Shown piece after piece: positions 1 to 10,800 of a DNA stretch of 64,000 nucleotides. A program made the position numbers and the translations under genes. Positions within the stretch are counted from its first letter, which is position 1. Each line of letters opens with the position of its first letter. The notes beneath the pieces are model-generated. The model was not told where the DNA came from. It saw only the letters and a program-made list of their open reading frames with translations, and searched no databases. Where the stretch lies: NCBI GenBank assembly GCA_963847185.1, contig CAWJYV010000010.1, forward strand, positions 192,001 through 256,000. Direction: 5' to 3'. Source of the DNA: an uncultured Methanosarcinaceae archaeon (GTDB lineage Archaea > Halobacteriota > Methanosarcinia > Methanosarcinales > Methanosarcinaceae).

Positions 1-880
1 CCTGCAGTACAGCGCAGCCCGGCTCTTCATGATGGGTGCAGTCTTTGAACCGACAGTTGCAGGCTTCGTTAGTGATATCGGGAAAAGCTTTTTCGAGGCC
101 GTCTGCGGAATCTCCTAGCTGGATTTCCCTTATCCCTGGGTTGTCTATAAGAATTGCGCCATTTGGAAGCAGGAACATCTGACGGACTGTAGTTGTATGT
201 CGCCCTCTCTCGTCGTCTTCTCGGACATCCGCTGTTTTCTGAACGGCTTCATCAAGTAAAGCGTTGATGAGTGTGGATTTTCCGACGCCTGAGGAACCTA
301 CGAATATCGCTGTTTTCCCAGGGTTGAGATAAGGACTGAGTGCAGAAAGCCCGGTTTTTGAAAGGGCACTTAGGGGAATGACCGGCACGTCCCCTGCAAC
401 AGGTTGTATTTTTTCTACCAGACATGTTGGGTTATCAGTAAGGTCGGTCTTGTTCAGTAAAATTACCGGGCTTGCTCCCGAAGAATACACAACTGTAAGA
501 TATCTCTCAAGCCTTCTCAGATTCAGGTCTTTTCCTGCCGAGGTTACAATAAAGATGGTATCAATATTTGCAGCAATTAACTGCTCCTCGTTTCCATCCC
601 CTGGAGCTCCTCTTGAAAGGCAGCTTTTTCTGGGCAAGATATTTACAATCATGCGTGAGCCCGATTCCGGCTGATTAAGTAAAACGACAAAGTCCCCTAC
701 AACCGGCTGCTTACCAATTCTTCGGAGTGCCCCGGAAATTCCTGCCTGTACTACAGCTCCCGGAATAAGAATCTCACAGACGGTTTTATGCCGGGATGCC
801 ACTCTTCCTGCCAGATAGGGACCTTTATAGGCAGAAAATGCCGATTCTAGCTCTTCATTCCATCCTGGAAGCACATTCAT
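1..880 (-). CDS. rsgA: Ribosome small subunit-dependent GTPase A (3' end beyond window)
   Basis: Manual translation from ATG at 880: [12 protein letters not shown]...QPVVGDFV...AANID...LLNKTD...[12 protein letters not shown]...GRHTT...IDNPGIRE...[14 protein letters not shown]; circularly permuted GTPase motifs and Zn finger; absent from the ORF track. Confidence 0.93.
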   Translation of the reverse strand, partial: MNVLPGWNEELESAFSAYKGPYLAGRVASRHKTVCEILIPGAVVQAGISGALRRIGKQPVVGDFVVLLNQPESGSRMIVNILPRKSCLSRGAPGDGNEEQLIAANIDTIFIVTSAGKDLNLRRLERYLTVVYSSGASPVILLNKTDLTDNPTCLVEKIQPVAGDVPVIPLSALSKTGLSALSPYLNPGKTAIFVGSSGVGKSTLINALLDEAVQKTADVREDDERGRHTTTVRQMFLLPNGAILIDNPGIREIQLGDSADGLEKAFPDITNEACNCRFKDCTHHEEPGCAVLQ

Positions 881-1034
881 TAGTAATGACCTCAACTTTT
901 CATATCAAAGGAAATCTATTGGAAAATCTATTGAATATACATGTCAACTTTGAATGAATAAGTATTTTGGTAATTATCTTTCATCGGCACGAGTTCGCCA
1001 GGCCGATTACAACTGAAGCACAGATGAAACATTC

Positions 1035-2012
1035 GACATCATATGCGATCCTGCATGCGGAACAGCCGGATTCCTTGTATGTGCAGGCGAACACCTGCGT
1101 GAACACTACCCTGATATCCTGCACGACGAAAAGCTGAGACAGCACTTCCACCACGGCATGTTCCACGGTTTTGATTTCGATAACGTCATGCTCCGCATAG
1201 GCAGTATGAATATGCTCCTGCACGGCGTGGAAAACCCCGATATCCGCTACCGCGATTCCCTGGCGCAGGAGAACGCCAGCGACGAAGAAGCCTACACCCT
1301 GGTGCTTGCCAATCCTCCATTTGCAGGCTCGCTTGACTACGAAAATACTGCAAAAGACCTTCTTCAGATCGTCAAGACCAAGAAAACAGAGCTGCTTTTC
1401 CTTGCCCTTTTCATGCGCCTGCTGAAGCCAGGCGGACGGGCTGCCGTTATCGTTCCTGACGGCGTACTTTTCGGCTCAAGCAAAGCCCACAAGGAGCTTC
1501 GCCGCATGCTTGTCGAAGAACAGAAGCTTGACGCCATTGTTTCACTCCCAGGCGGCGTTTTCAAACCCTATGCCGGCGTTTCCACAGCCATTCTCCTTTT
1601 CACAAAAACAAATTCTGGAGGCACAGACCATGTCTGGTTCTACGATGTTCAGGCCGACGGCTGGAGCCTTGACGATAAGCGCAATCCTCTCCTGAGCGAG
1701 GACAAACTGGGCCCTGTTCCCTCAACCGAGCTTAACGAAGACGAGCACGCGAAAAACAACCTTCCTGATGTCCTTTCTCGCTGGCAGGAGCGCAATTCCA
1801 GTGAACTCTCCCGCCCCCGCACAGAACAGAGTTTCTGCGTGCCAAAAGCCGACATCGCATCCCAGGGCTACGACCTTTCCCTCAACCGCTACAAAGAAGT
1901 CGTGCATGAAGAAGTGGAACACAGGCCCCCGAAAGAAATACTCGCAAGCCTCGCAAAACTGGAAGCCGAAATCCAGCAGGAGATGGCAGAACTGGAAGGG
2001 ATGCTGAAGTGA
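1035..2012 (+). pseudogene. hsdM: Type I R-M methyltransferase subunit, 5'-truncated
   Basis: Motif I ([12 protein letters not shown]) lies in frame at ~1041-1076, upstream of the first ATG (1158); motif IV LANPPF present; in-frame TGA at 1014-1016 and no N-terminal domain. Confidence 0.75.
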
Positions 2013-3187
2013 TTTCACAAAGTACTTTCGGTGACGTCTATCCAATCAAACGTCTTGGCGAAATTGTTGAATTTCTTGATAGCAAACGTCGACCTGTTAC
2101 TGAATCTGATCGTCGTACTGGACCTTATCCTTACTATGGAGCAAATGGTCAGCAAGGTACAATTGACGATTACATATTCGATGAGCCTCTTGTCTTGCTT
2201 GCTGAAGATGGAGGTCATTTCGCAACACCTGAACGAGGGATCTCCTATTTAATTTCAGGAAAAACTTGGGTAAATAACCATGCTCATGTCCTGAGACCGA
2301 AAGCTGAAATAGATATTGTATTTCTCTGTCGCGTTCTTGAACACTATGATGTCACGCCATTTGTCACTGGTACAACTCGCGGGAAGTTAACCAAATCAGG
2401 AGCTTCGGAGATTCTGATTCCAGTTCCTCCGATGGAGGAACAAAAAAGAATTGCAGACATTCTGGACCGTGCGGAGGCTCTGCGAGCCAAGCGCAGAGCC
2501 TCCCTCGCTCAGCTAGATGAATTAGTTCAGTCTATTTTTGTTGAGATGTTTGGTGATCCTGCCACAAATCTAAAAAGATGGAAAACAAAGCCGCTTCGCG
2601 AGTTGGTAAGTGAGTTCCGTTATGGAACCTCAAATAAATCGCAAGCTGAGGGAAAGACTACTTTGAGAATTCCAAATGTTATAGGCGGGGTCATTGATTA
2701 TTCAGATCTAAAGTTTGTTCCAGTTGATGCCGCTGAGTTTGAGAGGTTGAAGCTTGTTGATGGTGATATACTGTTTGTCCGCACAAACGGGAATCCCGAT
2801 TTTGTTGGTCGTTGCGCTGTGTTCGACAGAGGCATTGCATTAAAGGCTGGTTATGTTGGTGATGAATTTATTTTTGCCTCTTATCTCATTCGTGCACGAA
2901 TCCAAACAGATCAGATTATTCCGATCTTCCTGCGTGAATTCATGCTTGGAAACGGAGGTAGACGAGAGCTACGTTCTCGATGTAAAACATCAGCAGGGCA
3001 GTTTAACATCAATACTGAGAATCTCGGAGCAATTGCTATTCCTATACCACCCCTTCCCATTCAGAAAGAGTTTGCCTGCCGTTTAGTAGCTATTGATAAA
3101 CTAAAAGAAACGCACAAAGCCTCACTGGCAGAGTTGGATGAGCTTTTTGCCTCTCTCCAGTATCGAGCTTTCAGAGGGGAACCGTGA
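2009..3187 (+). CDS. hsdS: Type I R-M specificity subunit
   Basis: Two TRD/conserved-region units ([29 protein letters not shown]); GTG start overlaps the hsdM stop. Confidence 0.95.
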   Translation: MISQSTFGDVYPIKRLGEIVEFLDSKRRPVTESDRRTGPYPYYGANGQQGTIDDYIFDEPLVLLAEDGGHFATPERGISYLISGKTWVNNHAHVLRPKAEIDIVFLCRVLEHYDVTPFVTGTTRGKLTKSGASEILIPVPPMEEQKRIADILDRAEALRAKRRASLAQLDELVQSIFVEMFGDPATNLKRWKTKPLRELVSEFRYGTSNKSQAEGKTTLRIPNVIGGVIDYSDLKFVPVDAAEFERLKLVDGDILFVRTNGNPDFVGRCAVFDRGIALKAGYVGDEFIFASYLIRARIQTDQIIPIFLREFMLGNGGRRELRSRCKTSAGQFNINTENLGAIAIPIPPLPIQKEFACRLVAIDKLKETHKASLAELDELFASLQYRAFRGEP

Positions 3188-3231
3188 ATGACCCTCTCAG
3201 CCCATGAAACGAATCTCAACGGAGCCGATTT

Positions 3232-6200
3232 ATGACTAATTTCGCCTTTCTCGAAGCCGAATGGCCTTCTTTGTATGAGGCAGCCATTAAAGCCTCAAAT
3301 GCAGTCCATCCTGACCCGCGTACTGCCTGTTTTTACGCAAGGAGAGCGCTGGAGCTTGCTGTGCAGTGGGTATATAAGCACGATTATACTTTGCTCCTGC
3401 CGTATCAGGATAATTTGAGTGCTCTTATTCATGAGCCTACATTCAAGAAAACTGCGGGAGAGGCGGTTTTCAACAAAGCACGAGTCATTATCCGGCTTGG
3501 AAATGAGGCTGTGCACAGCAACAGTACAATTCTGGAATATGATTCATTGACGGCTGTCCGTGAGCTTTTCCACATAAACTACTGGCTGGCCCGCACCTAT
3601 GCAAGGCAGGAGAAGCCTGAATCTGGGCTGAGTTTTGATCCGGAGGAACTGCCAGAAACAACTGTCCCGAAGCAGACGATAGAGCAGCTTCAGAAACTTG
3701 AAGCCAGCCTTCAGGAAAAGGACGAAAAACTCTCGGAGCTTCTGGCCGACAAATCCTCTCTGGACGAAGAACTTAAACGCCTGCGGGCCGAGGTTGCAAA
3801 GGCAAAAGAAGCTTCAGCCTTACAGCCGGACACACACGATTATTCCGAAGCTGAAACCCGCGACTACTTCATTGATCTTCTGCTTAAAGAAGCCGGCTGG
3901 GTTCTGGACAAAGTTCAGGATCGGGAATTTGAAGTCTCAGGCATGCCAAACGACAAAGGGATTGGCTTTGTAGACTACGTACTCTGGGGAGACGACGGCA
4001 GGCCTCTTGCGCTGGTCGAAGCAAAAAGAACAAAACGTGATCCTCGGGTTGGCCAGCAGCAGGCAAAACTCTATGCCGACTGCCTCGAAAAACAATTCGG
4101 GCAAAGGCCTTTGATTTTCTACTCAAACGGCTACGAGCACTGGATCTGGGATGATAACAACTATCCTCCAAGGCAGGTTCAGGGCTTCTACAAAAAAGCC
4201 GAACTTGAACTGCTCGTCCAGAGGAGGAGTACTCGAAAACCTCTTGCTGAAGCTGATATTAACTCAAAAATAGCCGGCCGCCACTATCAGACCCGTGCCA
4301 TCCGCCGCATTGCAGAATCCTTTGAAAAAGACAGCAGCCGGAAAGCTCTGGTAGTAATGGCAACAGGCGCAGGCAAGACGCGAACCGTAATTGCACTCTG
4401 CAACCTGTTAATGCGCTGCAACTGGGCAAAACGGGTGCTCTTCCTGGCTGACCGCGTGGCTCTTGTAAAACAGGCGGTAAACGCCTTCAAGCAGAATCTG
4501 CCCGATTCTTCACCTGTGAACCTTGTCACGGAAAAAGATACGGAAGGTAGAGTATTCGTTTCTACCTATCCGACAATGATGAAACAGATAGACGAAATAA
4601 ACAATGGGCAGAGGCGCTTTGGAGCTGGACATTTTGACCTTGTAATCATCGACGAAGCCCATAGATCCGTCTTCAAGAAATACCGTGCCATTTTTGAATA
4701 CTTCGATTCCCTGCTTGTAGGACTTACAGCGACGCCCAAAGACGAAATTGAAAGGAATACCTATCGCCTCTTTGACCTAGAAAACGGCGTGCCTACAGAC
4801 GCTTATTCTCTGGACGAAGCGATAAAGGACGGATTTCTTGTTCCTTTAAAAGCAGTATCAGTGCCCCTAAAATTCCAGCGTGAGGGGATTAATTACGATG
4901 AGCTTCCTGACGATGAAAAGGATCAGTGGGATTCTCTTGAGTGGGATGAAGAAGGAGAAGTTCCTGACCGGATAGAAGCCGAAGCTGTCAACAAATGGCT
5001 CTTCAACAAAGATACTGTCGATAAAGTGCTTGAACATATGATGATCCGGGGGCAGAAAGTTGCTGGAGGTGACCGTCTGGGCAAAACTATCGTCTTTGCA
5101 AAAAATCAGGCTCATGCTGAGTTCATTGCTGAAAGATTCAACATCAACTACCCTCATTTCAAAGGCGAATTCGCCAGAGTTATCACTTTCAAAACCGAGT
5201 ACGCTCAGGACCTTATAGACAAATTCTCAGACAAAGAAAAAGCTCCCTATGTCGCCATCTCAGTTGACATGCTCGATACGGGCATAGACGTACCGGAAGT
5301 CCTGAACCTTGTTTTCTTCAAACTGGTGCGTTCTAAAACAAAGTTCTGGCAAATGATAGGACGTGGTACCCGCCTCTGTCCCGACCTGCTTGGACCAGAG
5401 CAGGATAAAGAGTTCTTTTATCTCTTTGATTACTGCCAGAACCTTGAATTCTTCAGCCAGAACCTCGAAACTGTCGATGGCGCCCTTGCGGAATCACTCG
5501 GTACCCGCCTTTTCAAAACCAGGCTTGAATTAATCTCTGAACTTGACAGGAAACTCGATGCTGGCGCTGAATGCCATATAGGCAGGGACCCAAAGGAAAT
5601 TTACGGAGAACCGGCAACAGAAGCCGAAGTTCGCTTCTCGTTTGCCATAATGCTCAACAGAGAAGTTGCTTCCATGAACCTGGATAACTTTATCGTACGA
5701 CCAAAGAGGAAGCTCATAGAAAAATACTCAAAACACGATACATGGATCAGGTTGTCTAGCGAAGAACTGGCTGAACTGGCCCACGAAGTCGCAGGTCTAC
5801 CATCAGAACTGGAACCGGAAGCAGAAGAAACGAAACGTTTTGATTATCTGATACTGAATATTCAGCTGGCTTTACTGCGTTCCGAACCCTCCTATGAGCG
5901 TCGGATTAACCAGGTAAAGGATATTGCCGGCCTCCTTGAAGAAAAATCAGCCATTCCGATGGTACGCGACCAGATGCTACTGATTCAGGACGTGCAAACT
6001 GATGAGTGGTGGCAGGATGTCACAATTCCAATGCTGGAATCTCTTCGAAAATGTCTGCGTCTCCTTGTAAAACTGATCGAAAAACAAAAAAGGAAGCCTA
6101 TATACACCGATTTTGAAGATGAAATTGGCAGTGAAATAGACGTAGAGTTGCCAATCTTCGCTGGAGCTGGGGATTTTGAGAAATTCCGCATGAAAACCAG

Positions 6201-6669
6201 GACCTATCTTCTTCAGCATCAGGACAACATAGTTATCCACAAGCTTCGGATGAATATAGCATTGGCCTCATCCGACCTTGATGAGCTCGAAAAAATGCTT
6301 TCCGAAAGCGGTGTAGGAAAACCTGAAGATATAATTCGTGCTAAAGAGGAATCAAAAGGTTTAGGCCTGTTTGTACGTTCCCTGGTGGGGCTTGATCGTG
6401 AAGCTGCAAAACAGTCGCTTGCTACATTCATATCAGGCAAAACCCTAACAGGAAACCAGATCGATTTCATAGACATGATTATAAACCACCTTACCGAACA
6501 TGGAGCAATGGATGCGGCTTTGCTGTACGAATCTCCATTTACTGACCTTACACCACAGGGTCCTGATGGACTTTTCACCTCGGCTCAGGTGGATGAGTTA
6601 ATAACAGCACTGGAACAGATAACAGCAGCAGCATTTGTGTCCCCCGGTTCGCAGCAGATTATTGCATAA
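3232..6669 (+). CDS. hsdR: Type I R-M restriction subunit (EcoAI/EcoEI-like DEAD-box translocase)
   Basis: VDYVL..VEAKR nuclease motif, MATGAGKT, IIDEAH, GLTATP, QMIGRGTR helicase motifs. Confidence 0.95.
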   Translation: MTNFAFLEAEWPSLYEAAIKASNAVHPDPRTACFYARRALELAVQWVYKHDYTLLLPYQDNLSALIHEPTFKKTAGEAVFNKARVIIRLGNEAVHSNSTILEYDSLTAVRELFHINYWLARTYARQEKPESGLSFDPEELPETTVPKQTIEQLQKLEASLQEKDEKLSELLADKSSLDEELKRLRAEVAKAKEASALQPDTHDYSEAETRDYFIDLLLKEAGWVLDKVQDREFEVSGMPNDKGIGFVDYVLWGDDGRPLALVEAKRTKRDPRVGQQQAKLYADCLEKQFGQRPLIFYSNGYEHWIWDDNNYPPRQVQGFYKKAELELLVQRRSTRKPLAEADINSKIAGRHYQTRAIRRIAESFEKDSSRKALVVMATGAGKTRTVIALCNLLMRCNWAKRVLFLADRVALVKQAVNAFKQNLPDSSPVNLVTEKDTEGRVFVSTYPTMMKQIDEINNGQRRFGAGHFDLVIIDEAHRSVFKKYRAIFEYFDSLLVGLTATPKDEIERNTYRLFDLENGVPTDAYSLDEAIKDGFLVPLKAVSVPLKFQREGINYDELPDDEKDQWDSLEWDEEGEVPDRIEAEAVNKWLFNKDTVDKVLEHMMIRGQKVAGGDRLGKTIVFAKNQAHAEFIAERFNINYPHFKGEFARVITFKTEYAQDLIDKFSDKEKAPYVAISVDMLDTGIDVPEVLNLVFFKLVRSKTKFWQMIGRGTRLCPDLLGPEQDKEFFYLFDYCQNLEFFSQNLETVDGALAESLGTRLFKTRLELISELDRKLDAGAECHIGRDPKEIYGEPATEAEVRFSFAIMLNREVASMNLDNFIVRPKRKLIEKYSKHDTWIRLSSEELAELAHEVAGLPSELEPEAEETKRFDYLILNIQLALLRSEPSYERRINQVKDIAGLLEEKSAIPMVRDQMLLIQDVQTDEWWQDVTIPMLESLRKCLRLLVKLIEKQKRKPIYTDFEDEIGSEIDVELPIFAGAGDFEKFRMKTRTYLLQHQDNIVIHKLRMNIALASSDLDELEKMLSESGVGKPEDIIRAKEESKGLGLFVRSLVGLDREAAKQSLATFISGKTLTGNQIDFIDMIINHLTEHGAMDAALLYESPFTDLTPQGPDGLFTSAQVDELITALEQITAAAFVSPGSQQIIA

Positions 6670-6843
6670 GAAATTTAGAAATAATAGGTTGCTCATTCAC
6701 ATTTTTATTGCACTTTATTGTCACCTCATAGTGGTGGCAATTTAATGAGTAAATTGTCTACTTAGTGATATGAAAGTTAACTATTGTTTCAACTTATTCT
6801 GAAAATCACTCTTTCGACTGTATTTTTTCCTTTTTTGTGGAGG

Positions 6844-6866
6844 CGCCGCCAGTCAAGCTGGCGGAG
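6844..6866. repeat. REP-like hairpin repeat, copy 1 (CGCCGCCAGTCAAGCTGGCGGAG)
   Basis: 23-bp identity with 8189-8211; stem CCGCCAG/CTGGCGG, loop TCAAG; weaker similarity extends ~50 bp on either side. Confidence 0.85.
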
Positions 6867-7353
6867 GCACTTTGTAAAATCTAACTGAAAAATGGCTTCC
6901 AGGGTAAAAATATGTTATTTTACAGTTTCTATAAATTGCTTTTTGGAAGTATAATTAATTATGAATTTATATTTAATTCATTAGTGAACTTATTTAGTGT
7001 TTATTAGTGTTTATATTGCAGATAGAGGGCTTTAGGGGGCTAATTTAAGATCTAAGTCCAGGGCTGATTTACAAACTAATCTAAGACTTTATAATATAAA
7101 TGTGGATTTATAATTACTGTTTTATACTACTAATGCGTTTGTTCTCTAGACGTATGTTTACGTTACATCTTCGAATGGCTGATTTTTCGGCATACAAAAA
7201 CGTACTTGAAGATACAGTGCTATTCCGGCGTCTGGAAGGACTAAATACTCAAAATAAAGCGCTTAAGGCTGAAAAACAGTACTCGTCTTATCCATGATTT
7301 AGCAGACAAACTTCTTTTACATCAAAAATTGTCATTTTTCGGGGAATAAACTA

Positions 7354-7911
7354 ATGAAAACTGGACTGTTATTACTGATAATCACATTGACAGTGTTGAC
7401 CTTTTCGACTGCGGGTTCTGCCCAGGAAAACACTACAGATAATGCCACAGACAACACCACAAGTGCCATAGCTGTCTTGAGGGACGCAGAGAATAATACT
7501 GTAGGATTAGCTACCTTTAACGAGGATGTCTTTGGCCTGGTTCACATACAGGTTCTCGTTAGCGGCCTGACACCGGGCTTGCATGGCATCCATATTCACG
7601 ATAACGCGAACTGCACCGAGCCGTCCTTTACTTCTGCAGGCGGGCACTACAACCCTCTGGGTAAAGAACATGGCCTCGCAAATCCAAAAGGCCCTCATGC
7701 CGGTGATCTGCCCAACCTTGTAGTGGGCTATGATAACACGGGATATATGGCTGTCGTCACCAACCTTGTGACGCTGTCACCCGGACCGACCACGCTACTC
7801 ACAGACAACGGCACTGCATTTGTCATCCATTCAGGCCCTGACGACCAGATGACAAACCCTGCTGGCAACAGTGGAGAACGGATTATCTGTGGGGCCATCG
7901 AGAAAAAATAA
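7354..7911 (+). CDS. sodC: Secreted Cu/Zn superoxide dismutase
   Basis: Signal peptide; GLHGIHIH, GGHYNP, HAGDLPN, GNSGERIICG motifs. Confidence 0.95.
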   Translation: MKTGLLLLIITLTVLTFSTAGSAQENTTDNATDNTTSAIAVLRDAENNTVGLATFNEDVFGLVHIQVLVSGLTPGLHGIHIHDNANCTEPSFTSAGGHYNPLGKEHGLANPKGPHAGDLPNLVVGYDNTGYMAVVTNLVTLSPGPTTLLTDNGTAFVIHSGPDDQMTNPAGNSGERIICGAIEKK

Positions 7912-8188
7912 GTTTTATACACTACGTAAAAAATAACGCAGAAGTAAGCGATTGAGAATTCCAGTAGAATGAAAGTCATTTAAGGCTTTTCATAAGGCTT
8001 TTCTCATTTTGCTGGAAAAAATATTTTTTTTTCAAAAGGCTTTTTTGGGTTCTATCTGCTTATAACTGCCTCTTCAATCTTCAGACTCCATCCAATTTAC
8101 CTGAATTATTGCCCGTAAAAAAGGAATTTATAGTCTCTATTCTTGAGAAATTACTCTTTTTTAAATCTAATTTTTCTTTTAGATGAGA

Positions 8189-8211
8189 CGCCGCCAGTCA
8201 AGCTGGCGGAG
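8189..8211. repeat. REP-like hairpin repeat, copy 2
   Basis: Identical to 6844-6866, same orientation. Confidence 0.85.
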
Positions 8212-8518
8212 TCTATTATCAAAATCGGATTGAAAAACTGCATATTAGCTAAGAAATACCTTTGATTGATCAGATGGCATTAGGCATTTTACAAATTTCT
8301 ACCAGCTTTCAAAAATCTCAATTTTTTTCTAAACTATAAAAATCTCTATTTCCAAATTTATTTACGAATCTCATTTTTGCCCAACATATTTATATTTTTC
8401 ATTTTTTATTATAAACTTTTAGAAAATTATATATATTATTATACGGAAACAACTTACCGTATTCCGATTTATGGAAGGCAAATGCAGTTATATTGAGATG
8501 TAGACAAGGACAGAAAAA

Positions 8519-9163
8519 ATGGCAGATATAGAAGCGTTACTGAGTGAGGTTGCTGATGCGGTAATCTCCTGTAAAAAAGATAAAGTGCTTGAGGCAGTAG
8601 CAAAAGCGAAGGCAGAGCTCCCGCCGGAAGAGATCATAGAAAAAGGGCTATCTGTTGGCATGAATCAGGTAGGAGTTTTGTTTGAGAGAGGGAAACTCTT
8701 CCTGCCTCATGTTATGATGGCGGCAGATGCAATGACTGCAGGCGCAAAAATGCTTGAAGAAGAAATGCCTGCAGGGACGCAGGAAAAGAAGCTTGGCGTT
8801 ATTGTAAATGGCACAGTAGAAGGAGACGTGCACGACATTGGCAAGTCAATCGTCTCAACTATGCTTCAGTCCGCTGGTTTTGAAGTGCATGACATAGGCA
8901 GGGATGTCCCGGTCAGGAATTTCATAGAAAAGGCAAAAGAAGTCGACGCCGACATGATCGGAATTTCTGCTCTCATGACCACAACTCTTCAGGGGCAAAG
9001 GGAAATCATTGACCTGCTCAAAGAAGAGGGCCTCAGGAACAGGATAAAGGTCATGGTAGGAGGCGCTCCTGCAACCCAGGCCTGGGCTGACAAAATCGGT
9101 GCTGACTGCTACGCCGAAAACGCAAGCGAAGCCGTGGCAAAGGCAAAAGAACTGCTGCTCTGA
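8519..9163 (+). CDS. mtbC: Dimethylamine corrinoid protein
   Basis: B12-binding DVHDIGK...SALMTTT...MVGGAP motifs; directly upstream of mtbB. Confidence 0.93.
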   Translation: MADIEALLSEVADAVISCKKDKVLEAVAKAKAELPPEEIIEKGLSVGMNQVGVLFERGKLFLPHVMMAADAMTAGAKMLEEEMPAGTQEKKLGVIVNGTVEGDVHDIGKSIVSTMLQSAGFEVHDIGRDVPVRNFIEKAKEVDADMIGISALMTTTLQGQREIIDLLKEEGLRNRIKVMVGGAPATQAWADKIGADCYAENASEAVAKAKELLL

Positions 9164-9190
9164 ACCCCACAAGTCAGTTAAAAAATGTAA

Positions 9191-9292
9191 ATAGCTGATC
9201 TAAACCCCAATAATCAATCCTGAACCCCACGATAGCTATTCTGAAATCAAATAATAAATTCAGAAACCTCCAATAGCTATTCTGAACCCTAT
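9191..9292. repeat. Imperfect 41-bp tandem repeat (~2.5 copies) in the mtbC-mtbB spacer
   Basis: ATAGCT(G/A)..CT units start at 9191, 9232 and 9273. Confidence 0.7.
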
Positions 9293-9367
9293 TATGGCTC
9301 AAAAACGAAATAATCACTCGATAAATCAACCCCAAAAACCAAAGAATTTGAAGGAGGAAACTAAAAA

Positions 9368-10771
9368 ATGGCAACTGAATATGCCCTGAGGATGGGCGAT
9401 GGCAAAAGAATCTACCTCACGAAAGAAAAAATCCTCAGTGAGATTGAAACCGGATCTGGAAATGCTTCCGATCTCGGGGAAATCCCGGACCTGAGTGCTG
9501 ATGAACTCGACAAGCTTGCAGAAATCCTTATGATGCCCGGAAAAGCTGTCAGTGTCGAGCAGGGTATGGAAATTCCTGTAACTCACGACATTGGTACCAT
9601 AAGGCTTGATGGTGACCAGGGAAACAGCGGTGTAGGTATTCCTTCAAGCCGGCTTGTTGGCTGTATGACGCATGAGAGGGCATTTGGTGCAGATACCATG
9701 GAACTCGGGCACATTGACTACAGTTTCAAGCCCGTAAAACCTGTTGTTTCAAACGAGTGCCAGGCAATGGAAGTCTGCCAGCAGAATATGATAATTCCTC
9801 TTTTTTATGGCGCAATGCCGAACATGGGACTTTACTATACTCCAGATGGACCTTTTGAAAATCCGGGCGACCTTATGAAGATGTTTAAAATCAGCAAGGC
9901 AAGGGAGTCCATGGAGCATGCTGCCGATCACCTTACCAGGGATACTGTCTGGGTTATGCAGAAACTCTTTGCCTCAGGGGCAGATGGAGTTAACTTCGAT
10001 ACAACTGCTGCAGCCGGAGACGCTGACATGTACGGTACTCTCAGCGCTGTGGAAATCCTGAGGGCTCAGTTTCCGGAGATGTATATCGAAGTAGGCATGG
10101 CAGGAGAAATGGTACTTGGCATGCACGGAGAGCTTGAATACGACGGAGTCAGGCTTGCCGGGCTCTGGCCGCATGAGCAGGCTCCTCTGGTTGCAAAGGC
10201 TGGAGCAAACGTTTTTGGTCCTGTGTGCAACACAAATACCAGCAAGACTTCAGCCTGGAACCTTGCCCGTGCAGTTACTTTCATCAAAGCGACAGTTGAA
10301 GCTTCTCCAATTCCCTGCCACGTAAACATGGGTATGGGAGTTGGCGGAATTCCCATGCTTGAAACTCCTCCTGTCGATGCAGTTACCAGAGCTAGCAAGG
10401 CAATGGTCGAGATTGCAGGCGTAGACGGCATATAGATCGGGGTCGGCGACCCTCTGGGTATGCCGATCTCGCACATAATGGCTTCAGGTATGACCGGAAT
10501 TAGGGCTGCAGGTGACCTTGTTGCAAGAATGGAATTCTCAAAAAACATGCGGATTGGAGAGGCAAAAGAGTACGTGGCAAAGAAATTCAATGTTGACGTC
10601 CTTGACCTTGTAGATGAACATGTCATGCGTGAACTGCGCGAGGAACTCGATATAGGTGTCATAACTTCAGTTCCTGGGGCTGCAAAAGGTATTGCTGCAA
10701 AGATGAACATCGAGAAGTTGCTCGGTGTCAGGATCAACTCCTGCGAACAATTCAGAGGACAGCTTGCCTGA
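9368..10771 (+). CDS. mtbB: Dimethylamine:corrinoid methyltransferase, pyrrolysine at in-frame TAG 10433-10435
   Basis: [15 protein letters not shown]-terminus; ...[22 protein letters not shown]... continues in frame to TGA at 10771. Confidence 0.96.
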
Positions 10772-10800
10772 GAAGGAAATCTTGACAAAAAGGTGATTTT

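Noticed and set aside
378-674. + strand 98-aa ORF and the many other antisense ORFs in the track
   Set aside because: They are shadows of well-supported genes on the opposite strand (here rsgA)
7100-7297. 65-aa ORF upstream of sodC
   Set aside because: No recognisable motif or SD; lies in the probable promoter/leader region
10460-10771. Separate 103-aa gene
   Set aside because: It is the C-terminal part of MtbB after the pyrrolysine UAG
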